Shown here piece by piece: positions 30,101 through 39,011 of a stretch of 64,000 nucleotides of DNA. The translations under genes were made by a program, and so were the position numbers. The stretch covers positions 901-64,900 of the IMG/VR virus record IMGVR_UViG_3300027759_000087; one strand, 5' to 3'. Numbering within the stretch: position 1 is the first letter of the stretch; every line of letters starts with the position of its first letter. Below the pieces are notes generated by a model that did not search any database, was not told the DNA's origin, and saw only the letters and a list, made by a program, of their open reading frames with translations. This stretch comes from a virus (lineage: Duplodnaviria > Caudoviricetes).

Positions 30101-33100
30101 TATCAACACCACACTAACTTTTACAAGTAGTACTGGAGCAGATTTAATAGCAGGAATGGTGTTAACTGGCACTAATGTGATATCAGGAACTTATGTTATT
30201 AGTGGCGCAGAGTCTGAGTGGATAGTAAGCACTTCACACGGCTCTAGCGTTGTTCCAACAACAATAACAGCAACACCAGTGTATCTTACTGTTAGCGGAA
30301 CAATTACTGGATCGGTGTTACTAGGCCAACAACTAGGCGGATCAGGAGTAGCTAGCGGCACAACTATAGTTGCCTCAGGTACAGGCATTGGCAAAGCTGG
30401 AACTTACTTGGTTACACCAATACAAACTATTGGAGCTAATCCGTTTACCAGTCGTTACATTTATACAAGACCTACAATCATTCCAGGTATTACATTATCC
30501 GGAGCAACTATATCTGGTACAACATTAACATTTTCTAATAATACTGGTGGCGCCATACATGCTGGAATGTTAGTAACAGGAAGCAATGTGTTGCCAGGAA
30601 CTGCTATTGTGTCTGGATCTTCAACTAGCTGGGTAGTGAGTATAAGTCAAACTGTTTCTGCTACTACTTTATTAGTTACTGGTACAGGAACTGGCGGCAC
30701 TGGCACATACATTATAGATCAAGTATTGCCTGTTGGTATAAATGTAACAAGAGGGATTAGTCTAGTTCTTAATACTGGTTTAGCAAATACATTGTCCGGC
30801 GCTGGAGAAGTTACAAGCCTAACAATTTCTAATTACGGTACAGGATATGCTATAAACGATCTAGTACAATTTAACATATCTGGTGCTTCTAATTTAATTA
30901 GAACGCAAATTGCAGAAATTACTAGCAACGCTACAATTACTGTCGCTTCGATAAGCGATGGCAGTATTACTAAAGATGCTTCACAATTTGCTTCTAGTAT
31001 AAAACTTAACACTACCGGAGAATACTTGGCAATTGGATCCCCACTATATTCTGGAATGACTGGGTTTGACGGCCAAGTATTAGTTTACAGTAATAACACA
31101 AGTACTCAGAATACTTACAGCCTTTTCCAAGAAATTACAAATCCACATTCTGCTTCTGGAGATTTATTTGGCAAAGCAGTTGACTTTTCAACTGACGACA
31201 AAACTTTACTAGTTTACAGTCCCGGAGCCGACTCATTTATATTAACTACATTCGATGCAGATAATTTACAAACTAGTTTTGATGCTAATTCTTTACAATT
31301 TAAAGAATTGACTTTAAATTCAGGCAAAATTGATGTATATACTCGTTATCTAACTAATTGGATTCTTGGAGAATCATTGTACAATGCAAATACAACTACA
31401 GACGGCTTTGGACAAAGTTTTGCAATTGCCAACGATACTATACTAGTAGGCGCTCCCCATGAATTTGATGTGTTAAATGATGAGCAAAATAGTATTCCTA
31501 TCAAACAACTTAACTCTGGTAAAGTGTATTCGTATGAGCGCAATGCTAATAGTTTAAACTGGAATCCTATACACGAGCAAGCAGATTTAATTGACTTAAC
31601 TAAAATTAAACAAGTATTCTTGTATAACAAATCTACTAGCAAACTTATAAAATATCTAGATGTAATAGATCCTAATTTTGGAAAAATTGCAGGATCTGCC
31701 GAACAAGAAATTAGCTATAAAACATTTTATGATCCTGCAATTTACACTGTAGGAAATAGTGCAGTTAATACTGATGCTGGTTCCGCATGGACAACATCAA
31801 ATGTGAGTAAATTGTGGTGGGATTTGCGAACTGCAAAATTTGTAGATAGTCATGCAACAGATATTGTTTACCGAAATAGTACACTAAACATGCTAGCTAC
31901 TGGCGCTAGCATTGACATTTACGAATGGGTTGAAACTAAATTGACTCCAACAGAGTGGAAATCACAAGCAGACACTTCAACCGGATTAACTAAAGGCATC
32001 AGCGGCCAACCGTTGTACACAGATGCATATAGCATTAAACAGCATTATAATACTTTTACAAAAGTATACGAAAACACTTATTATTTCTGGGTCAAAAATA
32101 AAGTACTAGTGCCTGAAGTAGAAAACAGATCAACATCTGCGTATTCAGTATCTAGATTAATTGGAAATCCTAGAGGAGAGAATTATTCTTATGCAAGTAT
32201 AACCGGAAAAAATTCTTTTAATCTAGTAAACTGTCAAAATTTGTTAGCAGGCGACGATGTTGTATTGGGTATTGAATATTGGGTAGTGGATAATACAACG
32301 CAAAATACACATGCACAGTGGAAATTAATTGATAATAATCCTAGTACTAATTTACCATCCGCTATTGAAAATAAATGGTTTGATAGTTTGTGCGGAAAGG
32401 ACCAAGCCGATAGACCAGTTCCAGATTTAGGATTACCTGCTAAATTACGATTTGGTATTGAAAGTCGTCCTCGACAAAGTATGTTTGTTAATAATTATGA
32501 AGCTTTAAAACAATTTGTAGAGCGTACTAATAGAATATTAATTAACAATCAAATTGTTGAACAAAAAAATATATCATTACTTGATAGTTACGATGTTGCT
32601 CCGTATGCATTTACTGGAGAATATGATACCATTGTTGATACAGACGCCGAGCTAAGAGTTATTGCAGTTTCTACAGCTAAGCCGGCATTTGTTTCTCCTA
32701 TAATTACTAATGGTTCAATTACTGGAATTACAATTATCTCTGCAGGTTCAGGCTACATTAATACTCCTGCAATATCTGTATTTGGAAAAGGATCTGGAGC
32801 AAAACTAAAAGCAATTATTGATATTGCAGGACGAATTGTTGGCGTAACTATTTTAGACAGCGGCAAAGGATATACTTCAACAACAACATTAACAGTAAGA
32901 CCGTTCTCCGCGCTAGTTAAATCAGACTCTGTAGCCCATGGCAAATGGAGCATCTACGCATATACGATTAATAATATTACTAATATTAAATCGTGGACAA
33001 GAATACGTACTCAATCTTACGATGTACGTACTTATTGGAACTATGTAGATTGGTATGCTACAGGCTTTAATCAATTTACTGTAGTTGATAATGCAATAGA

Positions 33101-36100
33101 TACATTTGCAGAAATAGGAACAATTACCCCAGTAGTTGGGCAAACTTTAAAGATTCGAGTTGCTGGATCTAAAGGTTGGCAATTGCTATTCTGCTATTCA
33201 TCTACAGTAACGTTAGACTGGACTCAACAATATAATGTTGTCGGTATTGAAAACGGAACTATACAGTTAAGTCAAACACTTTATAATTTTAGCAATAATA
33301 ATATTGGCTTTGATAGTTCAACATTTGACGGAATTGGATACGATAATACCGCCAGTAAAGAATTACGAATTATTCTTAATTGTTTAAAATCTGAAATTTT
33401 AACAGACACCTTAAAACAAGATTATCTAGATTTATTTTTTGCTAGTATTAGGTATGCACATTCTGAACAGACATACATTGATTGGGCATTTAAAACTAGT
33501 TTTGTAAAAGCTCAACATAATGTTGGCAGTCTAAAACAAACAGTTACATACACAAATGATAATCTTTCTAACTTTGAAGATTATATTAAAGAAGTTGTCC
33601 CTTACAGAACAACAGTACGAGAATATGTAAGTAACTATATATCTACTGATAGCAGTTCGTCTGTAATTACAGATTTTGATTTGCCAGCAATTTTTAATAA
33701 TTCTGGCAACACTGTTATTAAAACAGAAGTACAACAAGGTAAAGTAGTTTCAAATAATGAACTAATACAATCTTATCCATGGAAACATTGGTTAGAAAAT
33801 TTAGGATTTCAGTTAACTTCTATAGTTATTACATCATCAGGTTTGGGATATGTGTCAGAACCTAAAGTAAAAATTATTAGCGATAGTGGCACCGGAGCAG
33901 TGGCCCGTGCCTATGTTGCTAATGGTAAAGTAACTAGAGTTGATTTATTAAATTCTGGAAGCGGTTACCTTACTGCACCTACTATCGTTATTGACGGCGG
34001 CTCAAGTGCCACAGGAACAACAGCTAAAGCAATTGCTATTATTGGCAAATCTTTAGTTAGGTCTAGTCTTATTAAGATGAAATTTGATAGAATTAATAGC
34101 AAATATTATATAATTCAATTAAATGAAGAACAGACATTTCCAGGCGGCCCAAATAATTATCAACTAAGATGGGCTCCAGATATTAAAATTAATGCTAGTA
34201 CTGTAAAAGTAAACGGCATTACAGTCTTGCGCGACACTTATGTATTATCAGTAGTTAAATCAACTAGCAAAGGTTATACAACATATTCAGGCTTGCTTAA
34301 ATTTGCATCGGGCCTAGCCCCCGCAGTTGGCACAGTAGTTACTATTAACTACTTAAAAGATATTGATTTATTAAACGCAACGGATCGTATCCAATATTTT
34401 TATGATCCAGTAAGCGGACAATTAGGCAAAGATTTAAATCAGTTAATGACTGGAGTTGACTATGGCGGCGTCATAGTAACTGGCACAGATTATAATACTG
34501 CAAGCGGCTGGCAAAGTGTTGGCTTCATGCAAGATTTGTGGGATTCATACGAAAATACATACAACGATTATATTGTAAGCATTAACGCTACTTCTGCCGC
34601 ACTGCGCACTTTTGAATTACCGTACATGCCAGCAGTATTTGAAAATATTAATATATATTATCAATCTACAGTTAAGAATGTGTATACATCAAACGGTTCT
34701 AGCTTAATATACACATTTGATTTAAATTATAATTATATTAATTCAATTAACGTGACTATTGATAAAGCTGTAGCGGGCATTTCTAAAACTGTTACAGATA
34801 CTTCAACAGAAACAACTAGTGTTATTCAAACACTTAATGGTTTCAATACATTAACAGTTGCGAGTGTTGCTAATCTTTCAGTAGGTAAATCAATTAAATT
34901 TTTATCTGGAACAGCAAACACTGGACTTATTGCAAATCAAACATATTATGTAAAAACAATTATTCCTGTTTCAAATTCATTTACAGTGTCGGATAGTCTT
35001 GGCGGCCCAGTAGTTACAGTTAATAATATGCCTACTGCCGCAAATCCAGTGTTGAATATGGTAATGCAATATGGCACATCTACAAACTACTTAACATCTA
35101 CTACTTCTGGCCTGTATGCTGGAATGGCATTCCAATTTAGCGGTAATGCGTTGTTAGGCGGAGTGATTACCAATAAAACATATTACGTTAGTCAAATAGT
35201 TGATGCTACTCATTTTACTATAAGCGCAACTTCTGGCGGCCCTGTATTAGCATTGACATCTGCAATAGGCACAATGACATTGCGACAAGTAGCGGCTTCA
35301 CCTGAATCTACGCTGTTATTAACCAACATACTAGGATTAAAAGTTGGCGATGTAGCAACAACAACAGTTGATGGTGCAATTGCAGACGGTACTCGTATTG
35401 TTAAAATTAATTCTAACTCTGTATTATTATCTAATATATTGTACGGAGACATACTAGCCAATACACCTATTACTTTTGTTAGAACATTAACTGCGCCTGT
35501 TAATTTTAGATATATTACTAATAATTCATTGCAGTTGGCAGAAGCACCGGTTGCAGGAAGTATACTTACAATTTCTGGTGCAGAGGCTCCTGTTAGAATT
35601 GATGATCCAAATTTTAATAAGCAATGGATTATTACGGCTACTGAAGCAACAACAAATATTATAACAACTGTAACTCCTATTACATTTGAAATTGGTGATT
35701 CGATTTCATTTACTGGAACAACTATTGGCAACATTAATCCTAATACTCCCTATTATGTACAGGATATAATAGACAATAGACATTTTAAAATAACTGCAAC
35801 TACAGGAGTGCCTGGCCCAAATCCAAACGGAGTAGAGTTTAAATTAAAATCAGCAACAGGTTCTTTTGTGGCAAAAAGCACAGGCAACGCTACCGCAGTT
35901 ATGTCTACTTATATTGCAGACGGTTTACAACCTATTATTACAATTCCAAATACGTATCCTTTAACAGTTGGTGATTTAATAATTTTCCGTAAGAGCACAA
36001 GCGACGGATCGGTAGCAGTTAATTCAAACGATTTAGATACTGTGCTAGATGGCGGCACTTTAGTTTATAATACCGCTACTGGAATAGCGCCAGATGATAT

Positions 36101-39008
36101 TATTGTAGACGGCGACGGATTTGTAACCGTAACAACAGGTAGTGGTCCTGAAGAACTAGTACAAGGACAAGTGGTAGATTCAGTAGCAATTAAAGTGTTT
36201 GACAGACCAAGCGATGGATCTGCAACATTAAAAGTATTGAGTTATATTGCAGATGGTACAAATAAGAAATTTGATTTAGAACAATTTCCAAATAGTTCAA
36301 GTGCTGTGTATGTTAAAGTAAATTCTAATATTTTAACAACCGGAACAGATTATACTTTAGATTATTCAAATAAAAAAATAGTATTAAAACTAGCGCCGCC
36401 TGCCGGCAGTACAGTTACCTTACATAGTTTTGGATTTAATGGTACAAACATCTTAGACGTTGATTATTTTATAACAGACGGAAAGACTAAAGAATTTATT
36501 ACAAAAGCACCTTATTTAGATACACCATTTACATATATAGTGTACCTAGATGGAGTTGCAATACAACCAACTTTGTTCAAAACAGACTTGTCATATGATA
36601 GTCCAAACAGAATTGGTTTTAGATTTAGTATTGCCCCAACTAAATTACAAGTATTGAATTATTTGATTATCTCCGGAACCCAACAAACATTCTCAATTTT
36701 TAAGAATGAAAAAATAGCAACTAACGGTAGTTCAACTTATACATTAACAAACACTATTGGATCTAGTTTACCTTTAGAAAGTAGTATCCTTGTTCGTGCT
36801 AATCAGAATTTGTTAAACGGGCCTAACAATAATTACTTTACAATTTCAAGTAATCAGTATAATTATTCACTTGATATATTGTCAACTCAGCCATACAGTA
36901 TTAACACAGACGATCTTACTGTGTATGCTGATGGAAATTTATTAAACATTTCTACAGATTACACTGTTGACACATCTGGTGTTACTATATCAATTAATAA
37001 GAAAGTTTACAGTACTTACAAAGGTAAAAAGTTAATAATCAATGTTAAATCAGCACAGGACTATTATATTGTAGGTAACACAATATCATTTAATCAAGCA
37101 TACACTAATGCAGATTATGTGGAAGTTGTATCAGCTTACAAACATGATATTTTGCAAATACAAAGATCTCGAGTTAAAGCAACTAATAACTTGCAATTTT
37201 CTTCAGCATCGGCAAATTATTATAGATACGTTTCTGTACTTGGCGGTAAAATTGAATTGTCCTCAACTATATCAACCGAAGCGCAGTTGTGGGTTACAAA
37301 AAATAAAACATTATTGATTAACGGAGTTGATTATAAAATTAATCCAGACTTAGCAAGTATTAGTTTAGATGCTCCAGTAATCGTGGGCGATGAATTTGAA
37401 TGCATTATATTTGCGGGCAGTCCAGTTAAACAAGGACTAAGCTATATGCAGTTTAAAGATATTTTGAATAGAACTGTTTATAAGAGATTAAACTTATACA
37501 AACAAAATACTCTAGCACAAGATTTATATTATTACGACAGTGTCATATATGTTAAAGATGCAGGTAATTTTGACAAACCAAATCCGGCACTTAACAAGCC
37601 TGGCATTGTTGAAATTAACGGTGAGCGTATTGAATACTTTACAATTAAAAACAATACTACACTTGGACAGTTACGCCGCGGAACATTGGGTACTGGTATT
37701 CCTACAGTACATGGTGCCGGCTCACGTGTACAAGATATTGGGCCGGGAGAAACTATTCCGTATAACGATACATTTAAAACAGAAAATACAATTGTAGACG
37801 AAGTTAATGTTAATAAAATTATTCCTTTAAGTTTTACCCCAACTAAGAATGATGCATGGACCGCAAGCCCATCAGAATTTGGGTTATTTGATAATGCAAT
37901 AATTCAAAAGTATATTAGTAAAACTGGCGCCGGCCCTTACTTGATTGAATTTGCAGTTCCGCAACAACAGTATGCTCCAGCAGTTGGTAAATCGATATTG
38001 ATAACAAATAATAGCAATACTAAGTATAACGGTTATTATAAAGTATCTAGTTCAGATATTTCTAATACTGTAACAGTATATCCAACAATAATTAGTTCAA
38101 TCTCTACTATTGGTACTTCAATTAGTGTAACTTTTACAATCCCATTGCAAGATGTTGCACCGTTAACTCAACGTTATTATATTATCAACGGAGCTATGCC
38201 AGTAGAATATAATAATGCATGGATTTGTAGTGCAAGTTCTACTACAAGTATAACTCTAACTATTACAAATAATTACGGAGTCTTTAAAACTCTACCAACA
38301 TCTATAGTTTCAGCCCATACAATTACCATGGCATATCCTACAGATCCTGGAATATATGGAACAAAGCAGATAACTACTATATCTGCTCCAAGATACGGCC
38401 AAGCAAATGAAATGGAAGTGTTTGTCGGTGGGTATGACGATTCAACAATTTGGACTGCAAATACAATATTTGTTGCAGAACAAATTATAACAGTTAATAG
38501 CTATGTATATAAAATTAAAACTACTCATAGAAGTGGGGCAACATTTAATAGTCCTGTAACTACGTTGGATGAAACTAATGCGATAATTGCATCTAATGTA
38601 CTAGCAACTAGTGTACGAACATTATTTGTTGGTAATATAAGATTAAAGAAAAAACCTTACAGTGTGCATACTATAGAAAATGCTCCTAATAGCCCAGAAG
38701 GTGATATAACATTTGGTGCAGACTTTGCAGTAGACGGAATTAATTCTGAATTAATATTAAGAAATAAACTTAGTCCTGGTACAGTAGTAACAGTTACTAG
38801 AAAACTTGGACAATCGTGGACTGAAACTGGAGTTTCATTACAAGATAGTCAAACTAAAATTGCTAAGTTTATTACAGCAGTACCGGGAGTGTGGTTGTCA
38901 AGTAATAAGACTACAAGTACACAAACTACGACAGCTACAACAACAACATTTGACAATGTTTCTGGAACATTCGACGATGATAACAATACATTCGATCAAG
39001 GAATCTAA
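21147..39008 (+). CDS. giant modular baseplate/adsorption protein (5953 aa, gp7-like position)
   Basis: Uninterrupted 17.9-kb ORF after gp6. Contains FG-GAP-like propeller blades (LAVGSP, LAIGAP, ILVGAP), W..G..Y..GD.V carbohydrate-binding-like modules, G.GY...P.V repeats and many Thr/Gly-rich beta modules. Confidence 0.75.
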   Translation: MSDNKNPTGSNNYSMVDLLPNYYRTDANNKFIQATVDQLSQKGTAKKITGYIGRQNAKSANGSDVYITSPTSIRQTYQLEPSVVINDSTGNTTFFKDYQDYINQLKVFGSNVANHENINRQEFYSWDPHIEWDKFVNFQNYYWLPYGPDLITITGQKLNVTSTYTVSISQSATLQKEYLFTPNGLDRNPSLTLYRGQTYYFEIDSPGEPFSIKTARTPGTSDRYTDGNYVDKFAVESGILKFTVPIAGPDNLYYISERNADLGGLIKFLDITENSYINVETELLGKKTYSLSDGTPLSNGMKVAFSGNVIPAQYSKGEYYVEGVGTAIALVPTTVLEIVSTYTQDKAVNFDSTLFDQYPFAAATSFAGIPDYITINKTSKDQNPWSRYNRWFHTDVITASAKFNNKLADFDQASRAVRPIIEFEANLKLFNFGTVAIADVDLVDDYTTDVFSIIEGSAGYSVDGIQLTQGMRIAFIADPDITVKNKIFKVSFINIANSGIGVPQIRLILDETPTTNSNMLVRQGVKYQGYSFWFNGSSWIYGQQKTIVNQAPLFDLFDKSGLSFADYSGSTFKGTQLFSYKVGNTIADTVLGFSLSYQNINNIGDILFSFNLLTDLFNYKENEILTTKLVNTGFLSKLTFVNSSVYVNGWQTSLVTRYQPAIRIYKNSGLTNNFALDIYDNKTDLLDLEIRLYVNGRRLNKAEWKLLDAVNYKKIILSKDISKTDVLTIKAFAKQPINNNGYYEIPINLQNNPLNNDIGNFTLGEVTDHVNSIIDNIQDRYVETSPGVNNLSDLGNITPYGTKFVQHSGPASLALYHITSEQNNVIRALEKSRDDYGKFKRSFLLAAKNLKTDTDVVSQVNTILKTLSANKTQKSSYYFSDMVPFTGKKVTEYLVVDTSNKLYPLSTTFDNTIISNKAVSVYFNGTQLLYGINYFFTADGYVELNNTVSVVNGDKVVIFEYDSTDGCFIPPTPTKLGLWPKFTPKIYVDNSYLTPQTMIQGHDGSQVLAYGDYRDAIILELEKRIYNNIQTKYDPTIFDIYNIIPGYHRTSNFTLDEFNKSLASGFYKWAGITGRDFSKQVGFNKANTFTFNYKGNTAPDGRSLPGYWRGVYRWMYDTDKPHLFPWEMLGFSEEPTWWQAKYGPAPYTSNNLVMWKDLAAGAVSQPGMPVVYRPQFVRPTLLNHVPVDESGNLISPALARLSNGVFNADIQSHYVFGDVAPVESAWRRSSYFPFSTLIASMILQPAQTLATGLDISRTVRNLCGQLVYKDTNLRIRPQDIALPSIYSSTSRVYTSGIINYLIESLISNNYNYYQDYQYNLTNLNINLSYRISGFSSKENFNLILDSKNPAASGNVFVPPENYKLVYNSSSPIGKLSYSGIIVSKVDTGYEIKGYSSSESFFNYYSYRQELGPQINVGGISSSFVTWTAGKTYVLGQIVLYSGKYYRTLYAVTQDTFNINAFAILPSLPIAGGVTAIFRQAWDTTTTNVLPYGSVLADVQQVVDFILGYGAYLKNQGFVFDDFNNALSQVSNWETTAKEFMFWTTQKWSAGQNQWEQWIPNIAIAYGDIVKYQGEFYKAIQNVPAQQVFLEEFYFKLDGLSTVGSPVISLSPAANKLTFVSPLSVAEDINNPFNDYEIFQVDGTSLLPMDINSSRQGNLVTFSPANNGTIYNASFYLVQKEQVLILDNATVFNDIIYHPESGYRQERIKVSGFVSSQWFGGFEVPGFIFDRADIAPWKSWTDYSAGDIVYYQGYYYSANAFLAGFSEFDPNNWSQIKKPVPTLLPNWSYKAGQFEDFYNLTEDNFDVGQQKIAQHLVGYQKRQYLNNIIQDDISEFQFYQGMIREKGTQNSLNKLFDVLSADNKESITFFEEWGIRVGQYGASQAYEAIEFLVTQPDITKNSQGFYLTLLPERSTNFNLNIPANKVYLKPQGYDANPFPVNNKQKFFLRSSGHVQASTDTVQIKSISDLSTQDITKFKDGTYIWVAFEKTSWNIYRFTSVKLMPVDAVYNNDKTITIKTSNFVDPSIVGYYIGIQQVSFAGFYKVVAAELTTLTIDASNFSSNSDWPTADNIKSNLQIFNLYPVRTNSINNANNIIKAYTELGDKIWVDDDGTGKWATLKLTSVFAQSEIRKPYTAPDTAHGRIVTLSASGLIAAVATQSGEVIIYEKQGNRWIFRQIINRPFMSQYEFGVDPNPAITFAETMAMSSDGQFLAVGSPQAGKLATRVLPNGNIVCDKSSLNASTTLTGAVSLYQKDEFNEFILLFTIASGDNISGQQFGSSLTFGTNTLFVGSKGNTNYGTQATVFELRYIVGIDSNTTTTNTNADGETANAIVTVTYDAGNAFSTSNSSADVSFDGGSALTIESTADRWVIVRPGISITNGSSIGFGLSLSVSADNSVLAIGAPLGGSVYIYRLNTNNVYRLSQTINGPTQIVTDATTVDGVVSFNALTLSGGYGFKTAVNEFTNTLLTNLNTAGGTGTGLIVDGTLDSNGVIQKVNIREPGKNYQVGDTITIVNPIGNGSVLSLAWSTKTYNEGIQYKTGDTVTLGGVNYVAIANTPTIVGSLTLIPKNPATEASFWSVISFANALVGTDISVSTTTGSGSGLKIKLATATTSGAVAGNIVIPVTTTDNFAPGQSVFSATSPTAFAAGTYITQINNASFVSTLSDNVLTVTSITAGNNNVVAKIFGSIIGTTLTAEEIAGGRILPGMVLTGTGVPENIFIISGSGNTWTINNPASVSKVQITATLYETITPGMQLINPALDTPATFTGAISTKGTATLTGAVTTVIGGVSSLYNATISGTTLKFDTVTGGDPVVPGMTLTGTGVTAGTKLLYGSGTTWIVNTSQTVASPVTITATLTTASIDGYNLTFSKFTGASLQPGAILTGGSVVAGTKIVGGSGTSWTVDINQTATCTTATLPYGSINGNTLTFTAKTGADIEIGMAVSGLTTVPGTFITGGSGTTWTVNINQSTICSQVTLQAFLIDAQIINTTLTFTSSTGADLIAGMVLTGTNVISGTYVISGAESEWIVSTSHGSSVVPTTITATPVYLTVSGTITGSVLLGQQLGGSGVASGTTIVASGTGIGKAGTYLVTPIQTIGANPFTSRYIYTRPTIIPGITLSGATISGTTLTFSNNTGGAIHAGMLVTGSNVLPGTAIVSGSSTSWVVSISQTVSATTLLVTGTGTGGTGTYIIDQVLPVGINVTRGISLVLNTGLANTLSGAGEVTSLTISNYGTGYAINDLVQFNISGASNLIRTQIAEITSNATITVASISDGSITKDASQFASSIKLNTTGEYLAIGSPLYSGMTGFDGQVLVYSNNTSTQNTYSLFQEITNPHSASGDLFGKAVDFSTDDKTLLVYSPGADSFILTTFDADNLQTSFDANSLQFKELTLNSGKIDVYTRYLTNWILGESLYNANTTTDGFGQSFAIANDTILVGAPHEFDVLNDEQNSIPIKQLNSGKVYSYERNANSLNWNPIHEQADLIDLTKIKQVFLYNKSTSKLIKYLDVIDPNFGKIAGSAEQEISYKTFYDPAIYTVGNSAVNTDAGSAWTTSNVSKLWWDLRTAKFVDSHATDIVYRNSTLNMLATGASIDIYEWVETKLTPTEWKSQADTSTGLTKGISGQPLYTDAYSIKQHYNTFTKVYENTYYFWVKNKVLVPEVENRSTSAYSVSRLIGNPRGENYSYASITGKNSFNLVNCQNLLAGDDVVLGIEYWVVDNTTQNTHAQWKLIDNNPSTNLPSAIENKWFDSLCGKDQADRPVPDLGLPAKLRFGIESRPRQSMFVNNYEALKQFVERTNRILINNQIVEQKNISLLDSYDVAPYAFTGEYDTIVDTDAELRVIAVSTAKPAFVSPIITNGSITGITIISAGSGYINTPAISVFGKGSGAKLKAIIDIAGRIVGVTILDSGKGYTSTTTLTVRPFSALVKSDSVAHGKWSIYAYTINNITNIKSWTRIRTQSYDVRTYWNYVDWYATGFNQFTVVDNAIDTFAEIGTITPVVGQTLKIRVAGSKGWQLLFCYSSTVTLDWTQQYNVVGIENGTIQLSQTLYNFSNNNIGFDSSTFDGIGYDNTASKELRIILNCLKSEILTDTLKQDYLDLFFASIRYAHSEQTYIDWAFKTSFVKAQHNVGSLKQTVTYTNDNLSNFEDYIKEVVPYRTTVREYVSNYISTDSSSSVITDFDLPAIFNNSGNTVIKTEVQQGKVVSNNELIQSYPWKHWLENLGFQLTSIVITSSGLGYVSEPKVKIISDSGTGAVARAYVANGKVTRVDLLNSGSGYLTAPTIVIDGGSSATGTTAKAIAIIGKSLVRSSLIKMKFDRINSKYYIIQLNEEQTFPGGPNNYQLRWAPDIKINASTVKVNGITVLRDTYVLSVVKSTSKGYTTYSGLLKFASGLAPAVGTVVTINYLKDIDLLNATDRIQYFYDPVSGQLGKDLNQLMTGVDYGGVIVTGTDYNTASGWQSVGFMQDLWDSYENTYNDYIVSINATSAALRTFELPYMPAVFENINIYYQSTVKNVYTSNGSSLIYTFDLNYNYINSINVTIDKAVAGISKTVTDTSTETTSVIQTLNGFNTLTVASVANLSVGKSIKFLSGTANTGLIANQTYYVKTIIPVSNSFTVSDSLGGPVVTVNNMPTAANPVLNMVMQYGTSTNYLTSTTSGLYAGMAFQFSGNALLGGVITNKTYYVSQIVDATHFTISATSGGPVLALTSAIGTMTLRQVAASPESTLLLTNILGLKVGDVATTTVDGAIADGTRIVKINSNSVLLSNILYGDILANTPITFVRTLTAPVNFRYITNNSLQLAEAPVAGSILTISGAEAPVRIDDPNFNKQWIITATEATTNIITTVTPITFEIGDSISFTGTTIGNINPNTPYYVQDIIDNRHFKITATTGVPGPNPNGVEFKLKSATGSFVAKSTGNATAVMSTYIADGLQPIITIPNTYPLTVGDLIIFRKSTSDGSVAVNSNDLDTVLDGGTLVYNTATGIAPDDIIVDGDGFVTVTTGSGPEELVQGQVVDSVAIKVFDRPSDGSATLKVLSYIADGTNKKFDLEQFPNSSSAVYVKVNSNILTTGTDYTLDYSNKKIVLKLAPPAGSTVTLHSFGFNGTNILDVDYFITDGKTKEFITKAPYLDTPFTYIVYLDGVAIQPTLFKTDLSYDSPNRIGFRFSIAPTKLQVLNYLIISGTQQTFSIFKNEKIATNGSSTYTLTNTIGSSLPLESSILVRANQNLLNGPNNNYFTISSNQYNYSLDILSTQPYSINTDDLTVYADGNLLNISTDYTVDTSGVTISINKKVYSTYKGKKLIINVKSAQDYYIVGNTISFNQAYTNADYVEVVSAYKHDILQIQRSRVKATNNLQFSSASANYYRYVSVLGGKIELSSTISTEAQLWVTKNKTLLINGVDYKINPDLASISLDAPVIVGDEFECIIFAGSPVKQGLSYMQFKDILNRTVYKRLNLYKQNTLAQDLYYYDSVIYVKDAGNFDKPNPALNKPGIVEINGERIEYFTIKNNTTLGQLRRGTLGTGIPTVHGAGSRVQDIGPGETIPYNDTFKTENTIVDEVNVNKIIPLSFTPTKNDAWTASPSEFGLFDNAIIQKYISKTGAGPYLIEFAVPQQQYAPAVGKSILITNNSNTKYNGYYKVSSSDISNTVTVYPTIISSISTIGTSISVTFTIPLQDVAPLTQRYYIINGAMPVEYNNAWICSASSTTSITLTITNNYGVFKTLPTSIVSAHTITMAYPTDPGIYGTKQITTISAPRYGQANEMEVFVGGYDDSTIWTANTIFVAEQIITVNSYVYKIKTTHRSGATFNSPVTTLDETNAIIASNVLATSVRTLFVGNIRLKKKPYSVHTIENAPNSPEGDITFGADFAVDGINSELILRNKLSPGTVVTVTRKLGQSWTETGVSLQDSQTKIAKFITAVPGVWLSSNKTTSTQTTTATTTTFDNVSGTFDDDNNTFDQGI

Positions 39009-39011
39009 AAA

